64,000 bases of DNA from Octopus vulgaris (GCA_951406725.2 OX597828.1:65844001-65908000), one strand, 5' to 3'; counted from the first letter of the stretch, positions 48,707 to 62,141 are shown. Notes: generated from the letters alone by a model not told the origin. A program made the numbers and translations.

Positions 48707-49920
48707 CCTTAAAAACCCATGTAATTTACACACTTTTTTTCGCAAAAATAAAAATAAACTTTAGTGGGTGCATATATTACATGAGTAGATCGTTTCCAGA
48801 ATTTTTTTTGGAAATTGTTTTTGTTGAAAAAACACATACAAAACATAAACTTTCGTACCGGAAGTTGACCCGTTTAATGTCAGAATAGGTTTTTACAGAA
48901 AAAAATAATGGCTTAAATATAATGAAGTTGACTTTTATTTATGCTGGATGGTACGATACTTCCTTTTTCTGTTTAAATTTACTAAAGCCATTAAATGGTT
49001 AACTAGTTTTTGGAGTCTGATGGTCCAGGCCATATTTTACATTGCTTGGAGTTTCTACCTATCGCAATGGAGCACCGTTGACATACATGGTGATATGGAT
49101 ATTCCTGACTGAAAAAATGTAATGATATGGATAATCTTGATTGTATGTTTTTTTTTTTTTTTTTTTTTGGCTGTTTATTACTTGGCACAGTTTTAAGTTT
49201 GTTGCACTGTTTGTGCCAATTTCTAACATCGGCTTCATTAACATTAAAATGCCTTCCATCATTTCTATTGCCACATTCAAATACATATTCAACATATTTA
49301 ATTTCTACTTCACAGTAAACGATTCCTAAGTTCTGCTCATGCTGACAATAACAGTAATGACAAATTTTAAAGTTTGCTTGACATTTTATAAGTGTGAAAG
49401 GGATTAAAATTTCAATACTCCATATCAAAGGTTCCGACAAGAATAGGCAGAAAAGAATTCTGTTTACATAATCAGTTAGATCAGTCACCTTCCTCTGTCG
49501 GTTGAGTAAAGTGTCATCTAAGCTGATGTTTATTGGTAACTAAACTTAATTTGCAATACCTGTGCATATTTATCAGCTTTGTTTTTGTTGGTAATTCTTA
49601 TCAACAACTTTTCCTGTGATTGTGATTTGAAAAGAAATACAGCAGTATGCTAAAGATCGGACATAATCTTTTGTGGGCAAGAAATGTAAAATAAAGTTTA
49701 TGATAAACAGCACAAACACTTTGTGATTTAATAGCATTCAATGTGATACCTGTTAAACAGAAATTATTTTTATTTAATGAAAATTTAATAAAATCTAATC
49801 ATAAGTGAAATTATGCTATGCTAAATACAACTAAAAGGTAGAAGCTTTTTTTAACAAATTTTATCCTGAAAATCACCTGCATAAATTACACAAGTGCGCA
49901 AATTACATGGGTTTTTATGG
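48707..49920 (-). mobile_element. Internally deleted pogo/Tigger-like transposon retaining a Brinker-type DNA-binding domain remnant
   Basis: TIRs TA|CCTTAAAAACCCATGTAATTTACACACTT and AAGTGCGCAAATTACATGGGTTTTTATGG. The minus ORF contains IKYVEYVFECGNRNDGRHFNVNEADVRNWHKQ (POGK/Brinker-like HTH). Confidence 0.8.
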
Positions 49921-50072
49921 CATTCATTGTGTTGCTGTGTATTTTATTTATATAATATTTTATTTATATATTTTATGAATATATAAACTAAAAGCTATAG
50001 AGTAATAAATAGTGAATTATTTCTAAATTTTATGAATGGTTTCTTCAAGATAATCTCAATTTTATTTTTCAG

Positions 50073-50225
50073 TTTAAAGATATTAACCATGCACACTCTG
50101 TCCTTTGTGATAGTTCAAAACGACGAATATATGACCAGTATGGGTCTCTTGGGCTGTATGCAGCAGAGACCGTGGGAGAAGAAAATGTTAGCTTCTATTT
50201 TCTGTTAAATAGTCGATGGGCAAAG
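50073..50225 (+). CDS. DNAJC5: CSP coding exon 4 ([51 protein letters not shown])
   Basis: ttttatttttcAG acceptor and AG|GTAAGA donor. 153 nt, phase 0-0. Contains the CSP-diagnostic YGSLGLY...GEENV linker. Confidence 0.98.
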
Positions 50226-50705
50226 GTAAGAGTTTCTTTTATTCAATCCTATTTAAAAGCAAATTCCACATTTACATGACATTTGACACAACTTGATGAA
50301 AATTATTGTGTCCTGAAAGTGAAATATTAAACTTCATAATAATAATTGCATGTAACATAGGCAAAGAAGTTTGGAGGAGTGGCATTCTGGTATGTTCTGC
50401 TGCCAGCCCAGGCTTCACTACTCATCAGACCGAAAAGAGCGAACTGTTAAAGTATTGGCTACTCTCTGATAGGTTTGTAGTCAAGCTTGTAGCAATGGAG
50501 ACCTCTGACGTTCTTGGCCCCCAGAATACATCCTTGCTCACTGCTATAAGGGTACAGATTGCTCTCCACAAGTGCAAGACCTGTGAGCCAGAGTGACTGT
50601 TCCAACATGTCTCTTTTGCCATCCCCCAAAGCAACACCACCTCCATTTTGTCTGCCAAGTATGTCAGCCTTTATAACAACAAACAAATACAATTGATAAT
50701 TTTTG

Positions 50706-51085
50706 CTTCAGTCATTTGACTGTGGCCATGCTGGAGCACCGCCTCTAGTCGAGCAAATCGGCCCCAGGACTTATTCTTTGTAAGCCTAGTACTTATTCTA
50801 TCGGTCTCTTTTGCCGAACTGCTAAGTTACGGGGACTTAAACACACCAGAATTGGTTGTCAAGCGATGTAGGAGGGACAAATACAAACACACACACACAC
50901 ACACACATATGTACATATGTGCGACAGGCTTCTCTCAGTTTCCGTCTACCAAATCCACTCACAAGGCTTTGGTTGGCCCGAGGCTATAGTAGAAGACACT
51001 TGCCCAGTGTGCCACGCAGTGGGACTGAACCCGGAACCATGTAGTTGGTAAGCATGCTACTTACCACACAGTCACTCATGCGCCT
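50706..51085 (-). mobile_element. Near full-length SINE family B
   Basis: Reverse complement of 62142-62525 with internal (CA)n. Confidence 0.92.
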
Positions 51086-51339
51086 ACATATCTTTTTAAT
51101 TGTTTAATTAATTTGAATTGTATTTGTTTGTTGTTATAAAGGCTGACATACTTGTATTGATAAAATTGATAAAGTGAGCCTTACCTTACAAAAAGTAAAT
51201 AAAAATAATGATAAAAAAATTGTTTAAAAATGTTAAAAAAAGAAGAAAAGCTTGTGTATGAGAGTGAAGAAGAATATTTAAGGCAGCCGTATATTTTTAC
51301 ACTAATAAAACCAATATAGTATTACATTGAGTAATCCTT

Positions 51340-51905
51340 CTTTGGACACTAAACTCTGCTTGCGAAGACCTGTTGAAGCAAGTGAAATCAAAATCAAAGT
51401 AAAATTCGATGACAGGCACGAGCACCATACGAGCGTGATCGTTGACAGAGCGGCTAACCAGCTTCCGTGCCAGTGGCACATAAAAGGCACCATTCGAGTG
51501 TGATCGTTACCAGCTTCGCTTTACTGGCACTTGTGCCCCATGCTAGTAGGGTGCTAAGACCACCATCCAATCGTGATTGTTGCCAGAGCAGCTGACTGGC
51601 TTCTGTGCCGGTGGCATGTAAGAGGCACCATTCGAGCGGGATCGTTACCAGCATCGCCTTACTGGCACCTGTAAAAAGATTCAAGCGAGGTCGTTGCCAG
51701 TACAGCCTGACTGGCCCCCATGCCGGTGGCACGTAAAAAGCACCCACTACACTCTCAGAGTGGTTGGCGTTAGGAATGGCATCCAGCTGTAGAAACTCTG
51801 CCAGATCAAGATTGAAGCTTGGTGCAGCCATCTGGTTTGCCAGCCCTCAGTCAAACAGTCCAACCCATGCCAGCATAGAAAGAGGACGTTAAACAATGAT
51901 GATGA
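51340..51905 (+). mobile_element. RTE family C 3' UTR with unit array
   Basis: ttggacactaaactctgcttgcgaagacctgttga (as at 26868-26901), about 5 units, tail and (GAT)n. Confidence 0.9.
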
Positions 51906-52098
51906 TTGAGTGAGTATTAAAATAAAAGTTGTTTTATATAAATCATCAGAAAATAACTGGATTAAGGTTTTTTCCTGTTCTATATTCTTCCCTACATGTT
52001 AGCATATCAGTTTTATGTAACACCTATTATAAAGTGCTCTCTTTTACCTTTTATATTAATTAAAATCTGTATTAATTACTGTTTCATTACTTTTCTAG

Positions 52099-52230
52099 GC
52101 CTTGTTTTGTTTCTGTGGATTGATAACGGGTTGTTACTTCTGCTTGTGTTGTTGCTGTTGTTGCAACTTTTGTTGTGGAAAATTTCGGCCACAAATGGAT
52201 CAAGAAGATATGGATTATTCATTCCTACAT
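52099..52230 (+). CDS. DNAJC5: CSP coding exon 5 (cysteine string: ALFCFCGLITGCYFCLCCCCCCNFCCGKFRPQMDQEDMDYSFLH)
   Basis: ttacttttctAG acceptor and GTAAGT donor. 132 nt, phase 0-0, 12 Cys. NFCCGKF matches invertebrate CSP. Confidence 0.98.
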
Positions 52231-54794
52231 GTAAGTATTTCATTTCAATTACAATTCCGTCTTTATTCTATTTTAAATTTTAATGGTTACATTATTTTAA
52301 TTATTCTAACTCTGATATAATTTCGTTTTTATTTCTAACATTTTTGCTTCTTGAAAATAATTGTTTGTTTTTTTTTTATATAAAACATAGCTTCTTAAAA
52401 CGCAACAAATTAGATGACTTAGTCTGTGTTTCTTTCTAACATTTCCAAATTAATGCTTTCTCTTTGTAGATCAAGTTTACCTGAATGAGTGCTCTTTCTC
52501 ATTGAGTAAAAGAATTCTAAAGAGGGCTTGGGGTTTAGTTTAGGGGTACTTTGAGCCAAAGCATGCTTCTTTTACCATAATACTTGTCATCATTTGACTT
52601 TAACTCCAACAATTATTCTCTTATTGACCCATTACTTTTATATTCTTGAGCAATATATTTCTTATCATGTAACCTACCATGATGATCATTAATTATCAAG
52701 AGTACCAATAATAAATGGTATTTCTTCTTGTAAGCTTTCTGCAGCAGCAATGTTTTGGGCAATCAGATTTCAAAAGAAAAAAATTTTATTAATTAGCTTG
52801 GTGGTCAGAGAGTAAAAAAGCAACAGGATTGATTCTAGATTGCAAGATTTAAATTCTTTTGTTTACTTTACCCAAATTATTTCTTTTCTCTTTTTTTTTC
52901 TTTTTACTGTCTTCTCTGCTATTTCTTTTAGACTTTCAGATGTTTATTGATTTATTTTTTCTTCTATATTCTTTCTTAATTCTTTGTTTTCTACAAAAGG
53001 CTGACCTTTCAACTTTCTTGATTTTTTTTTTATATACTTTTTTTCTCTTGACATTTCACCATAACTGATTCCTCTCCTGTCCAATCCCTTCCTTTGTCTC
53101 TGTAGAATTGATAGTTCTACACTGTTGGGTACACAACATATGGCAGGGTGTATGCTACATTATTATTTCTTCTGTTTATCTAATATATTCCTGGCTGGAG
53201 GCAAAGACAAAAATAACAACAATGGTTCACAAAGTAGCTCCCACCTACAATTTTTTTTTGTTTTTTCCTTGCTCATGTGGCTCTGGTTTTAAGATTTGTG
53301 TGGAGCTCTACTCTTCCACAGATCTCCAGTCTTAAAGCTAAAATAATTGAGATGTTTTCTTCATAATTAGAGCATTTTAGTGTGTTACAAATGTTAGTTT
53401 TCCATTAAAGTAACAGAAATTCAAGTTATAACAATAAAATTTTAAAAACTTGTGTGCAAATTATTGTTAGCCATTTCAAATTCCCTGTTATTATCATCTA
53501 TCGTAACAGACTGTTATTTCCAGTTATGCTCAATTGTAAAAAGCAAACTAAATGAAATGTAGAGCAACAAGGACGGTAGGGGTGAAAAGGTTTAGGAATC
53601 ACTATTGTAAACTTTTTATAATTTGAATTTTTTTTATCTTGTCTCTTAGATGCATCTAACTTTCTTGATCTGTTTTCATTGATAATTTGAAAATTTATAC
53701 AGGGATAATTTGTCTTACAAATTATTGGTGCTTATGTTCACCTCTTACCAAATATCTCATTTCCATTTACTTTATTCCTTTTACATTGTTCAACAAATGT
53801 TTAAGGTAGTAAGTGTATACATAACTTTATCTAATTATCTTTTTAAGAATGTGAGAGGATGTTGTGTATATGCAGCATTTAATAATTTGAAACATTAAAT
53901 GCTTGGGGATTGTTAAGCATTACGGCATTTCTGTATTGTCTTGGTAAGGGGACCAGTGTAACTATTAAGAGTAACCACAATCTTCACTCTGGTTATTTTC
54001 GATATACTTGAGAAAAACGAAGTGAACTATGGTTGTTGTATATAGTTAAGCATTCTGAGTTGGGTTAATTTGAAAGCTTATAAAAGAATAATTGGAAACT
54101 CTGTAGTTTAGAGTGGTAATCTGAAGATAGATATAATTTGTTTTATAGAAAGAGCTTGGAAGACAGATATGTGACTACTAGCATGTATAAATAGAATATG
54201 TAATTGGAAAGTTGTTTGAAGAAGTAGAGTGTCTAGTTGGATGCTGGGATAAAAAGTTTATAAAGTACAATGTATAGTGTTGTTTTCAGAGCTCAGAACC
54301 TGCTCAATTTATCAATTCTTAACTTTATGCAAACTTGAAAATTCTAGAAATTTAGTTAAGTATAACTATTAAAAATTTTATCAACCATATGTTAATTAGT
54401 TGTTCTACTCTTCCTCAGCTGTAGAAATGAGTTGCGACGTCACTGGTGCCAAGCTGTATCGACCTTTGTCTTTCCCTTGGATAACACTGGTGGCGTGGAG
54501 AGGGGAGGCTGGTATGCATGGGCGACTGCTGGTCTTCCATAAACAACCTTGCCCGGACTTGTGTCTAGGAGGGTAACTTTCTAGGTGCAATCCCATGGTC
54601 ATTCATGACCGAAGGGGGTCTTTACCCTTTTACTCTTCCTTGGGCTGGACTTAAGTTACTTAATAGAATGTCAGTGTGGCTGCTGCCATCTTCTCCTTCA
54701 TCCTGATGTTCTGCTGGATCAAGAGAGAGGGAGAGAGATGTTTAAGGTTTACCCATAATTAATTACATAAGCACCTAAGACAACTAGTGAAAAC

Positions 54795-54990
54795 ACTCAC
54801 TCACACACTCATTCACTCACACACGCATTCACTCACTCACTCCTTCATTCCACACACCCTCACTCCACACTCACTCACTCCACATTCACTCCACATACAC
54901 TCACTCACTCACTCCACACACTCACTCACTCACTCACTCACTCCTCCTCACTCATTCACTCTTCACTCACTCAGTCCTCACTCACTCCCT
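54795..54990. repeat. Degenerate (CACT)n tetranucleotide tract
   Basis: cactcactca... repeated over ~195 bp. Confidence 0.9.
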
Positions 54991-57900
54991 AGTGGGAAGC
55001 ATTGTAACCTTATACGTCATGAAAACAGGATTAATCTCCACTCATGAGTCGTAGGACTCGTGACAAATCCAAGTTATTACCAATTCTGAAGGTTAAAGTA
55101 GGGATTTTGTGAACAACTATTAGTTAATAAATATCAAAATAGTATGAAAAAGATAGAGAAATTTTCATGGAGCCATTATCATTATCACATGCTAATTTCT
55201 TAGAATAGGGATAGGATGAGGTTTTTTTAATTTTGCTAATGAGTAGGTTATTCAACTTATATTCATATATGTTTCTGAACCAGTTCTTGAGTATCAACTC
55301 ACTCATTAAACATTAATGGATTTTCTCTTGCTGTTCCCACCCAAAACTTATTGCATAAAGAACTAAATTAGACTATGGGTGAGAATACAGTCATGTACAT
55401 TAACAAGTACTTGACTGGTAACTTTATTCTATTGGCTGATACTTTGTATAATGAAAGCAAACTTGATTTTGGCTAGGTTTGAGTTCAGAACCTCAGAGGC
55501 CATAGCTAAGTACAGCAAGACATTTGACATTTGTATGGCATTCAAATGATTCTTCCAATTACTGCCGATAAAGGAATTATAAGAATATACTTACACCTTT
55601 ATGATTTTCATTCTCTTATTCTGAAGAGGTATCTACTGTAACAGTCATAATATTTCAAAGAATGTGATCAGTGAGAATCTCAATTATTTAGTTCCTTATT
55701 TCACAACTCTCCTTCAAGTACCTTCCATAAAAGAATAGAAGGAAAATAAAAATAAATAAAAGCAGATTATTATTCCAAGGTGGTGGTGGTGGTGGGGGGG
55801 CAACTCTATCAGTTGGGGTTTTTTGGGTTTTTTATTATAGAGATTTCAGTGTATTTAGCATTCAGTTTACAAATTAAAAGCAAATTATTTTCTTAGAAAT
55901 TCAAGTATTTTATAATTTGCTTTACTGGTATATTTTGCACTTTGACCAAAATTATACTCCTTTCTTCAATTTGGAAATTGGAATATATATATATATATAT
56001 ATATATATTCTATGAAAGTTTCATTATGATTATCAATGCCATCAATGGGTACTTCAAGGACATTTTCTTTCACTAAAGTACATTGCACTTACTACATTTC
56101 TTCATCTTTAACAAACATTCTTTTGTGATCCACCTATTTCAAACAGTGCCTTACTCAAGTTGATTGAATTTCTTACTCTTTATTTCTTATAACTTAACTG
56201 CCTCTTATTATTTAACAACTGAGTCTCTCTTCTTTACCAATGACACATTTGTGAAGAATATCTTTCATTTTTGGATATGGTTTCATGAGTGCAGAATTTC
56301 ATTTTTATTTCTTTTGTTCTTTGCAGTGTTTTTTTCTTTTTATTCTATTTTTTCTTTGTCTAATTTAAATATTTAAAACATCTGCATTTCTTGAAGCATA
56401 CAAAGCTAATTGAGGAGATAATTATTGTTATTTAATTATCTCTATTGCTGTGCTACAGAATAAATCTGCAGATTTGAGACAGACTGCATGTGTAAACTAG
56501 TTAAATTTAAGTGCACCAGACAGTTGTAAATGGCTGTCTTTGTTTATACAATTTTACTGATGATAGAAAAAGGTGGGTCACCTGGATTATAGTTTTGATT
56601 ATCATTATTATTTCATGAGTAACCATTTACCTTACTTGAAACTGTAGTCCAGCTGATCTCTTCTCTGTCTCCATGGGGAATTTGAATAAAGACTGCACAG
56701 CAACTTGGGCAAGTGTCCTCTACTATAGCCCCAGGCCAATCAAAAACTTGTCAGTGGATTTGGTCGGTGGAAACTGAAAGGAAGCTCATTGTGTATGTGG
56801 ATGTGTGGATGTTTGTATCCCCATGTCTTGACATGATGTGATAGTTGTAAATGCGCATCATCCATAGAAGTAGTGTCAGGGATTTCCAAGAGTCTGCAAA
56901 GACATGCCTGGCCATGGGAAAATATTACTTTGCTTTGAAACAAGTGTAGATTGGCAACAGAAAAAGCACCTGATTGTCGGAAACATGCCTCAAATTCCGT
57001 CTGACCCAAGCAAGCATGGAAAAGTGAATGTTAGAGTGATTATGATGATGATACTTTTATGACTGTCCACTGCATTTAATTGATTTTAGTTTACACAGAC
57101 AGTATTGGTGGAAATTTATAGGTTTCTTCTGTTGTAAATTCATAAAAGAAAACAAACACTGCTAACACATCATTCATTATTTTTTTTATGTCTGTCTTTC
57201 TCTCATCCTATATTCTGAGAGTTTTGTAAATCCTCAATCTAATTTTGGAGAATTTCCTTTGAAAATTTGTGGCTTTAATAACTTGATCCAAGTAAATCAC
57301 CCTATCTTGACAGTAAGCCCTCCAAAAAAAAAAAAAAAGCAACATCAGTACAGAGCAGCTTATACCACTATAAAAACACTAATTCTTTTTGAGACACTTT
57401 ACAAACTTCAGTCCCATTTTGGCTAAATCCACCATATTTTACTTATTCACAATCCACTCCTTATTCTTCTCTCTCTCCCCCTATTTTTAACTCCTCTTTG
57501 CTGTCTAAGCCACACCCTATATTCTTGAAAGTTAGATAGAATTCACACTCCTTATCATACACTATTTTCATCTGAACTTCCAATCACTCTGGTTCAAAAT
57601 ATCCATCTATCTCTGCCACTTTCTGAATTTTTCCAACTACTAACAACTGTTCAACTGTCTCTTGTTCTGCATGAGAATCTCTATCTTACATCACTGCTCT
57701 CTGAAGGAACATCATCCATGACTTGCCTATTCAGAACTCCTTTTTGCTCTTGCACTGATTCTGATGATATGGAAGCCTAATCTTATGCCATTCTTATTTC
57801 TCTAAAACAATTAGTATCATTACAACCCCTTATCCCCATCAATACAGTCACACCAAACACTTTTAACCATCCTCACCTCCAAAGCCAGCTTTTTAGCTTC

Positions 57901-58282
57901 TTCAGTATTTCTCCTCTGATAAAACCAGACCTGCTAAATATTTGCTCTCCATCACATATTGGTGGAATTTTGCCTTTAGAACTTTAGCAAAAGCAAGATT
58001 GTCGTTGTCGATATATGACTGGTCCATATACGGCCCTTGGGAATCCACATACGATTTTGTTGTTAAAATTTATGTGCAATAAATTGGTCTCTACTTCTAC
58101 AATACACAAAATATTTTAACATTTATTTTATACAATTCCTAATAATATATAAGTATTTGGAATTATATAGGATTTTCTTAAACATTGAATGGCTATGGTG
58201 GACCAATAGAGAAAAATAGGAATCAAAGGGAGTCCATAGACAAAAACTGGTTGAGAACCTGCTAGCTAGGTTGCCTACCTAT

Positions 58283-58514
58283 TTCTTTACTACCCACAAG
58301 GGGCTAAACACAGAGAGGACAAACAAGGACAGACAAACTGATTAAGTCGATTACATCGACTCCAGTGCGCAACTGATACTTAATTTATCGACCCCGGAAG
58401 GTTGAAAGGCAAAGTCAACCTTGGCGGAATTTGAACTCAGATCATAACGGCAGGTGAAATACTGCTAAGCATTTCGCCCAGTGTGCTAATGTTTCTGCCA
58501 GCTCGCCACCTTAA
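58283..58514 (-). mobile_element. SINE family A with TSD
   Basis: 15 bp TSD aggttgcctacctat (58268-58282, 58515-58529). Confidence 0.92.
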
Positions 58515-60258
58515 AGGTTGCCTACCTATAGCTGTCACCATCTCATCACAGTCTCATGGATTGAAAGTTTTCTGTCAAACTTCTTTGCAACATGTGTTGA
58601 TAGTGCTCATTCTAACTCATATTCTATCAACTTTTGTGGAAGCCAACGATTTGGTTATGCCTCCCATATTCTTCATTGTGTCCATTAATGACACTGCTTG
58701 CCATTACTTTTCTTACCATCTTAAACTTCTGCACCCAAGCATTCTCCTGCAACCTAGATCCATCATGCCAGACCTGCACTACTGCCATGAGCAGAAAAAC
58801 CTAGGAAACATCTTCCAGTGGACCAACAGAAGTATGATAAATTATTCTTCAACAGTACATGCATCAAAGAAGTAATTTTGCACTTATCCCTTCTTACATA
58901 TGATCGACACACAACTAAAGATCCCCCAAAATCATACACGTTTGGCCATCACAATTGCTAATGATTTTGCAAGTTAACTTCACATAACACAACCAACATT
59001 TCATCCTAAAGATAAATTTCTTTTCTGGTTCTGAAAATTTTGTGCTTACATAACTGGAATATAATCACAATTTGTGGCCAGTAGCATTGTTGGTTACACA
59101 CACTCAAACATAATAGATTTCCTTTAGTTTCCATTTCATGAATTTTGTCATAAGATTTTGGTCAGCACAGGCCTATATTAGATACTTGGCCAAGGTTCCA
59201 CAGTCAGAATGAAACCAAGACAACATGCCTGGGAAGCTAGTTTCTTAAATGCACAGCCATGCTGTCATTTTAAAACTAATTTTCCACTTCTGAACATCTC
59301 TCATTTTATTGGAATTCAGGTTTACTGAAATGATGATTGAATAATTATCTTTGACACTAATCACTTGAGTTATTCTTGTAAAGGACTGAGATAACTAATT
59401 AAATCCTCATCTTCATATTTACTTTTTGTATTGATGACTAGAAAGTATTATCATCATCATCATCATTTAATGTCCATTTTCCAAGCTGGCATTGGTTGGA
59501 TGATTGAACAAGAGATGTTATGCTGAAGAGCTGCCCAGGCTCCGTGTCTGTTTTGGCATGGTTTCTATGATTGAATGCCGTTTCTAACATCTGCCCTTCA
59601 TCATTTTAAGTATAAAGTTAAGATAATGAAGGATTATAAAGTTTAATGCTCTCAATACTAACGTATTTCTTAACACCTTTTCTTCTACCTGCTTTTGCTT
59701 GTCCTCTAGAACTATCTCACGGCACTTATCCAAATTGCATGTTTTAAAAATAAATAAATTCAATATTTTTTTTATATTTTATAACTTCACTTATGAATAT
59801 TTAAAAATTTTTAGTTTTTGAAATTCCTGTATTCTCACACTACTTTCATGGGATTAATTTAACATCTTTGATTCTAACCCACAAGAAACCATCCTTGCTT
59901 TCGTAGTACAAATGTCTTGTTTTCAAAACTTCTGAAATAAAACCTTCCATCAAAACTTAATGTTAGTTATGTTCCTAACACCAGCTTAATAATAACAATG
60001 TTATGTTACTAAAGTCTTCATTATTTTAAAAATTAATAAGTATACAACAGAAATATTGTAACAAAAGGGTTAACCACAGATTCAGTTTTAATGTTCATGT
60101 AAATTTAAATTCTCTTCAATTACATGCGAAATTCTACAGCTGCTAGACTACAAGATCTTTAATACTGGAATTTCATTTTGACAATTTTGTGTTTAGGTTC
60201 TGAACCATGCATTTGCTCAATATCTCTCTTTAAAGAAAGAAATATATTTTTCTTACTT

Positions 60259-61066
60259 CATCATCATCATTTAAACATCTGTTGTCCATGCTGGCATGGG
60301 TTGGACAGTGTGACCAGAGCTGGTAAGCTGGGTGGGGGTCTGCACCAGACTCCAGTCTGATTTGGTATGGTTTCTACAGCTGAATGCTATTCCTAACACC
60401 AACCTCTTTATGTAGTGTACTGGGTGTTCTTAACGAGGCCCCAGCTGGGACGCTTTTACATGGTACCAACATCTATGAGCTTGAAAACTGGGACTTTTCA
60501 TCCTGCATGGATGAATGGTCATGATTTACTTAGCTTGACATGTCTTCTCAAGCACAGCAAACCACCAGATTCTCGGTCCCTTGTCATCTCTTCTGCAAGG
60601 CCCAAAGTCTGAATGTCCTTCCTCACTTCCTCATCTCATGTCTTCCTGGGTCTACTCCTTCCACATGTTTCCTTACTGCCATTTAGCATAGCTGTTCATA
60701 CACAGACATCATAAAATCTGCCTTTCAGTCTGAGGGAGAGGCTCTTTGTTACTTCTAAAGGTAGTAGCTCCCTGAAATTTGCTCAGACTGTTCTTATTGT
60801 AGCAACTATGCTTTCAGATCTTCCTCCTCCATTGCTAACTTGGTCACCTAAGTAATGGAAACTATCTACTACATTTAAGGATCTCCCTGAACACTTGAGA
60901 CTATTTTCTGTACATTCCCAGCATTTAATGTGCCTGCACATCTTCCACACACAAAGGCTGTTTTCCCTGTTAACCTTCCTGTGATACTGCTGCACCTCTT
61001 ATGTGTCGATAGCCTGCACTGGGTACAATGTATGGAATTTCTACCAACACCTTTTCTACATATCAA
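60259..61066 (-). mobile_element. Decayed RTE LINE 3' portion with a PHD-like Cys/His finger next to RT motifs
   Basis: ICRKGVGRNSIHCTQCRLSTHKRCSSITGRL...FVCGRC, then VVDSFHYLGD (FxYLG), an internal deletion, RPRKT, the UTR and the (GAT)n tail. Confidence 0.85.
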
Positions 61067-61326
61067 GTAGAACTATCTCTCATGACACTGCTAATAACTT
61101 CACCAACTCTTAGCATTTTGAGGTGGTTGTCACTATTGTTTTTGAGTAACACTAGTAACACCTTTGCAAAAAAAAAAAAGAGACTATTGAATGGAAATCG
61201 CTGGTGAAATGTTGTACTTCGTGATTCCACCACTTGTTTTGTCTTGGCTTCATTCCACCAGATTAAAACTTGCCAAAAATTGTCCTCATTTTAAAGTCAT
61301 TAGAAAATTCATTCAGGTAGCTTTTA

Positions 61327-61585
61327 TCATCATCATCATCGTTTAACATCCGTTTTCCATGCTAGCGTGGGTTGGACGGTTCGACCGGGACCTCGGAAGC
61401 CGGGAGGCTGCACCAGGCTCCAGACTGATCTGGCAGTGTTTCTACAGCTGGATGCCCTTCCTAATGCCAACCACTCTGAGTGTAGTGGGTGCTTTTTACG
61501 TGCCACCAGCACAGGTGCCAGAGGAGGCTGGCAGCGTCCACAATCGGTTGGTGCTTTTTATGTGCCAGGGGAGGCTGGCAACATT
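61327..61585 (-). mobile_element. RTE family C 3' end
   Basis: Reverse-complement tail plus 1-2 units. Another copy lies at 63651-63855. Confidence 0.9.
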
Positions 61586-62141
61586 GATTAGATCAATTGC
61601 ATTGGTTCTGCTTTGGATGGATAAAGGGCAAACCAGTCAAGTAAATCAAAGCAACAACCTTCTTTGGCAACCATTCTGCCATATGATGGCGTTTCAGTTA
61701 AATAAATAAACATGATCAGGATAACACTTAAAAGCATTGTCAACATATATCACATACTTTTTTTTATAATTTTGTCATTCCATTTTCACATTTTGTTGTT
61801 TTTCTAGAATAGCTCCTCATGAAAGTAAGTCAGTTGATGACTTGCTGGTAATCCATAAACTGCTCCTGTTTGACATGTTAGGGTTAGTGTGTACTTATTG
61901 ATCAATTGACTTTGCACTTTATCCCAATACAAACTGATCACTGCTAGGCAGCCAACGAAGCAGTTTTGAATAATTTCATTTCTTTTTCATGCTATCATTG
62001 TTATTGCGCTGTTAACTGTGTTAGCTGTTGCTAATGAAAGACTTCTCTCCGACATGTTTGATGTTGGTGATACTATTGATGTCATTATTAGAAGTATTAC
62101 TATTGATGGGGGGTATCAATATTTAATATCATGATATATAT

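Noticed and set aside
50390-50655. Endonuclease-like words (NVRGL, GGGVAL) on the minus strand
   Set aside because: The motif order is wrong for an intact APE domain and stops intervene. At most it is a scrambled LINE remnant.
52231-52320. ORF-track extension VSISFQLQFRL... of the cysteine-string exon
   Set aside because: It begins exactly at a consensus GTAAGT donor and is AT-rich intron with no CSP similarity.
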